32,000 nt of DNA from Candidatus Brocadia sp. Lineage in GTDB: Bacteria > Planctomycetota > Brocadiia > Brocadiales > Brocadiaceae. The translations under genes were made by a program, and so were the position numbers. Shown one piece after another: positions 17,801-25,199 of this stretch. The notes below the pieces were generated by a model. It saw nothing but the letters and a program-made list of their open reading frames with translations. It was not told where the DNA came from and ran no database searches. Positions within the stretch are counted from its first letter, which is position 1; each line of letters begins with the position of its first letter. The stretch spans positions 330,001-362,000 of the forward strand of contig CP091279.1 of the NCBI GenBank assembly GCA_021650915.1, written 5' to 3'.

Positions 17801-17907
17801 CCCCTTAATAAATGGGGCGAGGGGATTGTTTATCATGGCATTTGCTATGTATCGAAAAGTCGTTGGGTTTTTGTCTTTTAAAACCCAACCTAATTTAACG
17901 CTTGGGT

Positions 17908-17928
17908 GAGGCGTATTGCAATACGTTC
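17908..17928. repeat. Second copy of the CGTATTGCAATACG palindrome
   Basis: GAGGCGTATTGCAATACGTTC. The core 17912-17925 is a perfect 14-nt palindrome, the same core as at 4172-4199. Confidence 0.75.
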
Positions 17929-17964
17929 TTACGGCTTACAGGGAACACTCAAATAGAGGTATAT

Positions 17965-19263
17965 GTGAAACTAAAAGAGACTGCATTTACAGTAAGGGCT
18001 GAACGCGCCATTCTTTTTCGGGTTATGCTGTCAGGAGAACAGCATGAGAATGAAGCGCCACTGGAAGAACTCCGGCGACTGGCGACGACTGCTGGCGCAA
18101 ATGTTATCCACACGGTCGTGCAAAAAAGACCTCAGATCGATCCGGTGTATTATATCGGAAAAGGAAAAGCCGGTGAATTATCAGGGCTTTCAAAGGATTT
18201 TCATGCCGATGTGCTTATTTGTGATGATGACCTGACCCCGGCACAGGTCAGGAATCTTGAAAAGGTTATCGAAAAGAAAGTCATTGACCGGAGTGAATTA
18301 ATCCTGGACATCTTTGCCACCCGGGCAAAGACCTTCCAGGCAAAGCTGCAGGTAGAACTGGCCCAGTTAGAGTACACGCGGCCCAGATTAAAGAGGATGT
18401 GGACTCACCTTTCCAGGATCGAGGGTGGCATTGGGACAAGGGGCCCCGGTGAAAAACAACTGGAAGTCGATAAGCGCATTGTGCTGAGAAAGATCCACGA
18501 CCTGAGAAAGAAGTTGTATGAAATTGAAAAGAGGCAGGAACGACTCGTTGCCTCACGGAAGGAATTTTTCACGGTGTCCCTTGTGGGATACACCAATGCT
18601 GGAAAATCGACGTTAATGAATGCCCTGACGGAGATTGATACCTTCGTTGAAGACAAGCTTTTTGCAACCCTTGACACCAAGACAAGTGTCTGCAGGCTGG
18701 AAAACGGGAAAAAGGTACTGGTGAGCGATACCGTGGGTTTTATCCAGAAGTTGCCCCATCACCTGGTTTCTTCCTTCAAGGCAACGCTTGAGGAGGCCAG
18801 GCACGCCGACCTTCTCCTTCATGTTGCAGACATCAGTTCCCCTCTCGTCCACAAACAGGTCGAAGCGGTAAATGCCGTGCTGAAAGAATTAGGATGCGGC
18901 AATACGCCAACGATTATGGTATTCAACAAAATAGATGCCTTAAAAGATGCGTCCATAGTTCCGCTCCTGCAGAGTAACTTCCGGGATAGCATTATGCTCT
19001 CTGCGAAGACTCAGGAGGGGATAGGAGGTTTGAAACGGAAAATCAGGGAGATCCTGGAAGAACGGTTTATAGACGTGGAGCTTACCTGCAGTCCGGGCAG
19101 CGGAAAATTAATTGCATACCTTCATGAACATGCCCGTATTCTAAGCAGCCGGTTTGAAGAACAGCGCGCCATATTCCGGCTGCTCATGGACGGCAAGCTG
19201 ATCCAGAAATTACGTACGCTGGATGATACGGTTCAGATAAAAGATGCTGTCGGCACAAATTAA
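17965..19263 (+). CDS. hflX: GTPase HflX
   Basis: ERAILFRV N-terminal domain, G1 GYTNAGKST, G3 DTVGF and G4 NKID. GTG at 17965 follows GAGG (17956-17959). TTG at 17902 is an alternative start, but it would translate the palindromic repeat. Confidence 0.9.
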   Translation: MKLKETAFTVRAERAILFRVMLSGEQHENEAPLEELRRLATTAGANVIHTVVQKRPQIDPVYYIGKGKAGELSGLSKDFHADVLICDDDLTPAQVRNLEKVIEKKVIDRSELILDIFATRAKTFQAKLQVELAQLEYTRPRLKRMWTHLSRIEGGIGTRGPGEKQLEVDKRIVLRKIHDLRKKLYEIEKRQERLVASRKEFFTVSLVGYTNAGKSTLMNALTEIDTFVEDKLFATLDTKTSVCRLENGKKVLVSDTVGFIQKLPHHLVSSFKATLEEARHADLLLHVADISSPLVHKQVEAVNAVLKELGCGNTPTIMVFNKIDALKDASIVPLLQSNFRDSIMLSAKTQEGIGGLKRKIREILEERFIDVELTCSPGSGKLIAYLHEHARILSSRFEEQRAIFRLLMDGKLIQKLRTLDDTVQIKDAVGTN

Positions 19264-19453
19264 ACTTTTTCGGTTACCTTGCTGGTTTCATTGTCCCCCA
19301 TTGAACCGAACCGTTTGGCGTAATGTCATACCGTGTGCTATTAAAAAACCACAATCTGTTAAAAATAGATTTATCGGCTTGGGGCGCCGGTTTTAATGGG
19401 AGCATGCCCGATTTTTTGTAAACCCGGAAGGCAAAAAACGGACGAAGAATACT

Positions 19454-19507
19454 GTAGCGCAGGCATCTTGCCTGCATCCAGCGATGCAGGCAAGATGCCT
19501 GCGCTAC
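19454..19507. repeat. 54-bp perfect palindrome (25-bp arms, 4-nt loop)
   Basis: GTAGCGCAGGCATCTTGCCTGCATC cagc GATGCAGGCAAGATGCCTGCGCTAC. It ends 5 bp before the IS left inverted repeat. Confidence 0.95.
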
Positions 19508-19661
19508 CTCTTCAACGGATGTTCACCCCAAGCAAACCACGTAAGTATTTAATATATTGGTAGTTAGTGTGGTTTTGTCTGCAATTATGTAGTCACTAAT
19601 ATATTGTTATTATTCAATAATGTGCTTGAAATGTTGAATAATATAGTATATTATAGTAGAC

Positions 19662-21316
19662 ATGCATATTGTGGAAAACAAATCAAAATCCGGCAAAAAA
19701 ATCTATCGCTCCATTCTTTTGCGGGAATCGTATCGGGAAGGCGGAAAGGTCAGGAAGCGTACCATTGCAAATCTGTCGAACTGCACATCGCGGGAGATAG
19801 AAGCGATAAAGCTTGCCCTCAGCCATAAAGAGGATCTCACTGCATTGGGGGCATTGTCAGGATCGGTGGAACTCCAGGAGGGGATGTCCGTGGGGGCGAT
19901 CTGGAGTGTGTACCAGGTGGCAAAGGAATTAGGGATAGAGGAGGCGTTGGGGAAGGATTTTCAAGGGAGACTGGCGCTGTGGCAGGTAATGGCGCGGGTG
20001 ATAAATCAGGGGTCAAGACTCTCGGCGGTGCGGCTGGCGCATGTGCATGCAGCGGGTGATGTGCTGGGTATGAAGCGGGGGTTCGACGAGAATGATCTCT
20101 ACGATAATTTATCGTGGTTATCGGAGCAACAGGCGAGGATAGAGCGAACGTTGTTTGAGGCAAGACGGGCAGGCAAGAAGCCGAAGCTGTTTCTGTATGA
20201 CGTGACGAGCAGTTATCTGGAGGGGAGCAGAATCGTTTTGGTGAGTACGGGTATAATCGTGACGGCAAGAAGGGGAAGAAGCAGATCGTGATTGGTATGC
20301 TGTGTGATGAATTTGGGGAGCCGGTGTCCACGGAGGTTTTTCGGGGCAATACTCAGGACCCAAAGACCTTTGAGTCTCAGGTAAAGAAGACGGCAGAACG
20401 GTTTGGGTGCACCGGGGTGACCATGGTAGGTGATCGGGGGATGATCAAGACGATGCAAATCGAATGTTTACCGGAGGGGTTTCATTACATAACGGCGATA
20501 ACCAAGCCGCAGATCGAGTCGTTGATAAAACAAGGGATTCTGCAGTTAGGGTTGTTTGAAGAAAAGCTCTGCGAGATAAAGAGTGAGGGGGTTCGGTATA
20601 TTCTGAGACGCAATCCGATAAGGGCAGAAGAGATGGCGAAGACTCGCATGTCAAAATTACAGAGTATGGAGAGATATGTCGAGAAGAGGAATGGTTATTT
20701 GAGAGAACATCCGAAGGCATCGGTATTGAAGGCGCTGGGGGCAGCGAAGGAGAAGCTCGGGAAGCTGAAGCTTGAGGGGTGGGTGCAGATAAAAGACGAG
20801 GCCGGGGCGCTGAAGATTGAGAACAATGAAGAAGCATTCAAGGAAGAATCGTATCTTGATGGATGTTATGTAATCAAGACCGATCTGAAGGAGGGCGATG
20901 CGGATGCCGATCTGGTGCACGACCGGTACAAGGACTTGTCAGAGGTGGAGAAGGTGTTTCGGGGGTGCAAGACGGTGAATCTTGAGGTTCGTCCTGTATA
21001 CGTGAGGAAAGAAGAGAGTACAAAAGGGCATGTGTTTGTGGTAATGCTTGCGTACCTGATAATCCGAAGGTTACGTGATGCGTGGAAGAGTTTTGATCTG
21101 ACGGTAGAGGAAGGACTCAAACAATTGACTACCATTTGTTCCGTGGAAGTGAAGGTGAAGGGTCAAAAGGCGCATTGCCAGAAGATACCACGTCCACGGC
21201 AACAATCACGTGAATTGTTAGAGGCATTGCAGGTAAAGCTGCCGGAGGCATTGCCAAGCCGGAACCTACGGGTAGTCACGAGAAAAAAACTTACCAGGCA
21301 ACAAATAAGCCAGTAA
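19662..21316 (+). pseudogene. IS1634-family DDE transposase, split by a 1-nt frameshift
   Basis: The N-terminal ORF (19662-20291) and the C-terminal ORF (20288-21316) join as ...LFLYDVTSSYLEG|EQNRFGEYGYNRDGKKGKKQIVIG... if one G is added to the G4 run at 20223-20226. The C-terminal part has DGCYVIKTDL and the HVFVVMLAYLI region typical of IS4/IS1634 transposases. Confidence 0.8.
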
Positions 21317-21320
21317 AATT

Positions 21321-21347
21321 AAGGCTTTCGCAGCCTTTTTGTTTTTT
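21321..21347 (+). terminator. Intrinsic terminator inside the IS, after the transposase gene
   Basis: AAGGCT / AGCCTT stem with loop TTCGC, followed by TTTGTTTTTT. Confidence 0.6.
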
Positions 21348-21369
21348 GCCTTGAGGTGAACATCCGCTG

Positions 21370-22589
21370 TAAAACGAGTAATGATACCCAAGACGGACGG
21401 AACGGAACGCCCGTTAGGCATTCCCACCATCCGTGACAGGGTAGCGCAGATGGCCGTAAAACTGGTCATAGAACCCATTTTTGAAGCCGATTTCTGCGAA
21501 TGTTCATACGGGTTCAGGCCGAAGAAATCTGCCCACGATGCCGTAGATGACGTAGCATATACCCTCAACAAGGGATATACCGAAATCATAGACGCCGACC
21601 TGTCCAAATACTTTGACACCATCCCCCATGCCAAGCTTATGGCTGTGGTAGCAGAGCGCATCAGTGACGGTGAGATACTGCACCTGATAAAGACGTGGCT
21701 CAAGGCTCCGGTCATAGAAAAAGGCAGAGACGGAAAACAAAGGAACATCGGCGGAGGTAAAGGGAACCGGAAAGGCACACCTCAAGGAGGAGTAATCTCA
21801 CCGTTACTAGCCAATCTCTACCTGCACCTCCTGGACAGGATATGGGAGAGACATCGACTGGAGAAGAAACTCGGAGCCAGATTAGTACGCTTTGCCGATG
21901 ACTTTGTCGTACTGTGCAGGCAAGGAACTGAACAGCCAATGGCGATAACAAAGCGGGTGCTGGACAAACTGGGACTGACGTTAAACGAGGCAAAGAGCCG
22001 TGTAGTAGACGCCATGAAAGAGGGATTTACCTTTCTTGGGTTTGAACTTCAAAAGAGGAAGAATTGGCGCACGGGGAAGAGTTATCCCCATGTTCAGCCG
22101 TCGAAGAAATCTCTCAAGAAGATAAAAGACCACATTACGGCACTTACCAGCAGGAACAGGTCCCCTCTACCGTTTGAAGCGATAGTCAAAGAGGTGAATA
22201 CGGCACTGATAGGATGGACAGGATACTTCCATTATCGCAATTGCAGCAGAGTCCTCAAGCAAGTAAGAGAACACGCTCAATTCCGGCTTCGGATACACCT
22301 GTACAGACGTCATAAAATCAGAGACAGGAAGACAGGGCTTAAGCGATACACAAACAGCATGTTATATGAGAGATATGGTCTTTACAAAGTGCCGACCACA
22401 GCGGTATGGAGATAGCGCATGCCTTATGGTGAAGGGCATCGGAAAGCCGTGTGCGGGAAAACCGCAAGCACGGTTTGATGAGGGAGGACTGGCGAAATAG
22501 CATGGTGAGGCTACTGAGGCACTGCCAGACGAAAGGGGCAGAAACAGATAGGCCAACCTAAACTATAGATAGCCAGTTCCCTACTCTAC
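21370..22589 (+). mobile_element. Group II intron remnant (5' part missing; RT ORF, domain V and domain VI present)
   Basis: An RT/maturase ORF is present. Domain V-like AAGCCGUGUGCGGGAAAACCGCAAGCACGGUUU (22444-22476) has the AGC triad, an apical GAAA-type loop and a 2-nt bulge. The 3' end ...CCAGUUCCCUACUCUAC (to 22589) resembles the Ll.LtrB end CCUCCCUACUUCAC as I recall it, and can pair with GAGGGAGGACUGG (22481-22493), leaving a bulged A. Confidence 0.7.
21381..22415 (+). pseudogene. Group II intron reverse transcriptase/maturase, N-terminally truncated
   Basis: IPKTDGTERPLGIPTIRDRVAQ (RT1-2), SYGFRP, RFADDFVVL (YADD box variant) and an X/maturase region (GWTGYFHY). In-frame upstream codons read only as far as VKRV at 21369, directly at the IS end. 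About 60-70 aa of a normal N-terminus is missing. Confidence 0.8.
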
Positions 22590-22592
22590 CCG

Positions 22593-22619
22593 GAATTCAC
22601 CAGAATTCACCAGAATTCA
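22593..22619 (+). repeat. Tandem decamer GAATTCACCA x2.7
   Basis: GAATTCACCA GAATTCACCA GAATTCA, immediately 3' of the intron end. Further GAATTCA or TGAATTC copies lie at 22624-22630, 22636-22643 and 22667-22676. Confidence 0.85.
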
Positions 22620-22892
22620 GAATGTGAATTATCAATGAATTCAAACTGGCTATCAATTCCCTGCTTGAATTCACCTCAACAAGCACACTCTCAAAGAACG
22701 AAAAACTTGCGCGTGATTATTTCAAAATCAAATTGAAACGAATGAAGAAAAAATTCGCCGCTTAATTTTTAACAAAGTACTGTTAAAACTGCTTTTGGGC
22801 AAAACACTGCTTAAAGAATTTAATTAGTGTTTGAACGGAAACCCCCCAAAGCCCTGTAAAGTAAGGAGAAACTAGAGGACATTCGATAGAAG

Positions 22893-23249
22893 ATGAGAAA
22901 GAGATTTGAGCAGCAATTGAAGCTTGGCATCATACCCATTTCAGGGGTAAAACTGCCAATAAAGAGTCGAGATGAGCTACCACCGATACTGAGGGCGTTG
23001 CAACATATCTATGTTACACCGGAGTTGAACGAGGAGGTATTCCGGATATTAGAGGCGAAGGTAACGAAGGGGAAGAAAAAGACGGGAAGATATGGGATGG
23101 ATTTATGGCATATTTTGGTGTTGTCGGTGGTGAGATTAGGGTTAGATGCCGATTATGACAGGTTGGAGGATTTTGCCAACCATCACAAACTTATCAGGCA
23201 GATAATGGGGGTTGAGACGGTATTTGGGGAGGCGAAGGTTTTTTCGTAA
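22893..23249 (+). pseudogene. Transposase N-terminal fragment (ISNCY-like by recollection), 118 aa
   Basis: MRKRFEQQLKLGIIPISGV..KSRDELPPILRALQHIYVTPELNEEVF..GRYGMDLWHILVLSVVRLGLDADYDRLEDFANHHKLIRQIMGV resembles the conserved N-terminus of ~450-aa ISNCY-type transposases as I remember them. The ORF stops after 118 aa, so the catalytic part is absent. Confidence 0.55.
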
Positions 23250-23309
23250 CAGTTCACACCAAGGGGTGAACTGTTACAAATTATCTATTGGTAAATAGAA
23301 AATCGACCT

Positions 23310-23336
23310 CGCACTTTTACAAAAAGTGCGTTTTCG
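23310..23336 (+). terminator. Intrinsic terminator-like hairpin
   Basis: CGCACTTTT / AAAAGTGCG 9-bp stem with loop ACA, followed by TTTTCG. Confidence 0.5.
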
Positions 23337-23475
23337 TTCAGACACTAATTACCTGCGGGTCATGTAAGGTAGGCATCACCTTCCATTTATCTGTTTCCAT
23401 ATCTTTTTCAAATCACAATCAGCCCTGTCAATTACAACAATATCATCTTCTTCAAAAAGCAGTTCCATTCTCAAC

Positions 23476-23512
23476 AAAAAAGGCCGTTAAGTCCAAAATG
23501 GAATTAACGGCC
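23476..23512 (-). terminator. Intrinsic terminator downstream of ssrA
   Basis: On the minus strand, a GGCCGTTAA / TTAACGGCC 9-bp stem is followed by TTTTTT. It lies ~55 nt after the tmRNA CCA end. Confidence 0.6.
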
Positions 23513-23566
23513 TCTTCTCACAAATATTTTTTTTCGCGAAATACTTCAAGTTTGCAGGAACTTAAT

Positions 23567-23922
23567 TGGTGGAGGCGGCGGGAATTGAACCCGCGTCCCT
23601 AGACATTTCAGCATAGGCTTCTACGTACATAGTCTATTTTTTGAGTCTCGTTATCCGGAACCCCAATAGACAGGGTCTCCGATAACCAGTCTGGTTTAAG
23701 GATTCGCTCAGTCCCCACCTGACAGAAGGACTGAACTAACCTGCTAATCGTCGTTTCATTAACCACGCAGGTGAGGATAATGGAACGTGGCTGTTAATTA
23801 AGCAGCCATTGCCATTGGATATTCGGCATTTAAATCATTTTGCCAGGTTTTTAATGAGGCCGCCTGACAACCTCAATACGCCACCTATACCTCAACTTGT
23901 CCGGTCGAATCCTTTCGCCCCC
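23567..23922 (-). ncRNA. ssrA: tmRNA (SsrA), 356 nt
   Basis: The 5' end GGGGGCGAAAGGAUUCGACCGG and the 3' end GGGACGCGGGUUCAAUUCCCGCCGCCUCCACCA form the acceptor stem with the G3-U pair and a T-arm. The internal tag frame AAU GAU UUA AAU GCC GAA UAU CCA AUG GCA AUG GCU GCU UAA reads NDLNAEYPMAMAA-stop. Confidence 0.92.
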
Positions 23923-24385
23923 TTATTATATGTTACCTTTAACAAATTTCTTGTCACATTTTACTTTTCAGTTTCTTAACATTTACATTATATCTGTTTT
24001 ATATGAAAATGCAATCCGTCAGTATTAATAAATACACTTGGCCAATTTCACAACGAATCTTGTGTAAACTTGTGGGAATTCTGTTACCCATAGTAATTCA
24101 CAATGAGTCTCTTTTCTCAGGTATTTTTGCAAGAAACAGCGTCAATCTCTGGATAATCATGGTCCCAAATTACCAGCAAAAACCAGAGCATCTTCCGTAA
24201 GATATTGATAACAAAGTATTTATTAAATTGTATTTACTTTCCACAGCGTACTATAGTGCAAAAATATCCGTGACCGTCATGCTTGTGCAATATTTTTCGA
24301 CACCATAGCAATATTTAGGTATAGAAATAGCTTATCTTGCCGTCGTACGTTGTTAATTTATAAGGTATTTACAAGGAGACGGTAC

Positions 24386-24721
24386 ATGGTAAACAATATC
24401 AATCCTACCACATCAAAACTTTTAGAACAGATACAGCGACTGTCTGCGCCTGCATCGAAAAAAGAAGCAAATCAGATCGATTTCAAAGACACGGTAATAA
24501 GCAATCGCATTCGTACTGATAAAGAATTGAAAAGAACAGATTTATTGAATTCTATTGAACGGATACAAAGGAAAAACAATATATCGGCGGCACCACCAGC
24601 AGACACAAAAAAAAAGATTTTCACGGGAAATACGCAACCATCGGAATGGACTCAATTTGTAGATACACAAAAAAACCATCGGAGGGAACCTTTGGGCACG
24701 GTTCTCGATATTTATCTTTAG
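24386..24721 (+). CDS. Hypothetical protein (111 aa)
   Basis: Strong SD AAGGAGA (24373-24379) lies 6 nt before the ATG at 24386. Charged, low-complexity product with no recognised family. Confidence 0.5.
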   Translation: MVNNINPTTSKLLEQIQRLSAPASKKEANQIDFKDTVISNRIRTDKELKRTDLLNSIERIQRKNNISAAPPADTKKKIFTGNTQPSEWTQFVDTQKNHRREPLGTVLDIYL

Positions 24722-24980
24722 AGAAGAAAGGTAGCAAGCTGACTTTCGAAGAAAAGGAGGAAAGCGAAAATCAGCTTGCTAAAAAGGAGAACAATTGACT
24801 ATTAAAACAGGTATCCGTCAAAAAAAGTTCCTATATCATAAAAATATTTTTGTATTTATTTATAATTGAATTATAATTGGATTCAAAAGAGTATTCATTC
24901 AATGCGCCAACAAAAGGTACGCGTGAATACCCTTCCGTTTCCCAAAATGGCAAAGATGGTTCTCTGCAGATGCGCTACGA

Positions 24981-25199
24981 ATGAAGACCTTCAAAAAATT
25001 GCTGCTGATTTTTGGTATCTGTTTGACCTATCTGGTAATGATCGCTGTGACCTACCATGCTGTCGCAAGAGTATACAGAACAAATGATCCTGCCTCTGCG
25101 AAAAAGGTAGTTCTTTTAACGTTCTTTGCAGATCTCTTCCTCTTTGGTGGTAGTGGATACCTAATTTACAAACTGAAAATTCCTCTGGATCAAAAATGA
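24981..25199 (+). CDS. Small membrane protein (72 aa, two predicted TM helices)
   Basis: Two hydrophobic segments: LLLIFGICLTYLVMIAVTY and VVLLTFFADLFLFGGSGYLIY. Its stop overlaps the htrA start in ATGA (25196-25199), suggesting translational coupling. No clear SD. Confidence 0.5.
   Translation: MKTFKKLLLIFGICLTYLVMIAVTYHAVARVYRTNDPASAKKVVLLTFFADLFLFGGSGYLIYKLKIPLDQK

Larger units (their letters stand above)
19513..21369 (+). mobile_element. IS1634-family (IS4-like) insertion sequence, ~1.86 kb
   Basis: Terminal inverted repeats CAACGGATGTTCACCCCAAG (19513-19532) and CTTGAGGTGAACATCCGCTG (21350-21369) match at 18 of 20 positions. They enclose a DDE transposase gene and its terminator. No matching target-site duplication was seen. 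Confidence 0.75.

Noticed and set aside
17709-17909. 66-aa ORF (PLVRWTSLSPAGGGRGW...)
   Set aside because: It is a translation of the G/C-run intergenic repeat and hairpins, not a gene.
19837-20349. 170-aa Pro/Ser-rich ORF antisense to the transposase; also 20445-20837 and 21266-21778 antisense to the transposase and RT genes
   Set aside because: They are mirror images of purine-rich coding strands, with low complexity and no independent support.
22593-22676. Possibility that the GAATTCACCA repeats are a CRISPR array
   Set aside because: The repeat unit is only 10 bp, is directly tandem without spacers, and no cas genes are present.
19264-23566. Search for a direct repeat of the ssrA 3' end (island attR)
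   Set aside because: I found no convincing partial copy of TGGTGGAGGCGGCGGGAATTGAACC by eye. Only trivial ATTGAACC-like words occur, for example near 19300. This needs a computed alignment.
23288-23602. 104-aa ORF ending in ...WWRRRELNPRP
   Set aside because: It runs across two terminator hairpins and into the antisense of the tmRNA T-arm and acceptor end.
23925-23930. Perfect TATAAT (minus strand) upstream of ssrA as its -10 box
   Set aside because: It ends only 2 nt before the mature tmRNA 5' G. A start 6-8 nt downstream would fall inside the acceptor stem, and no -35 lies at proper spacing. The real promoter is probably further upstream.
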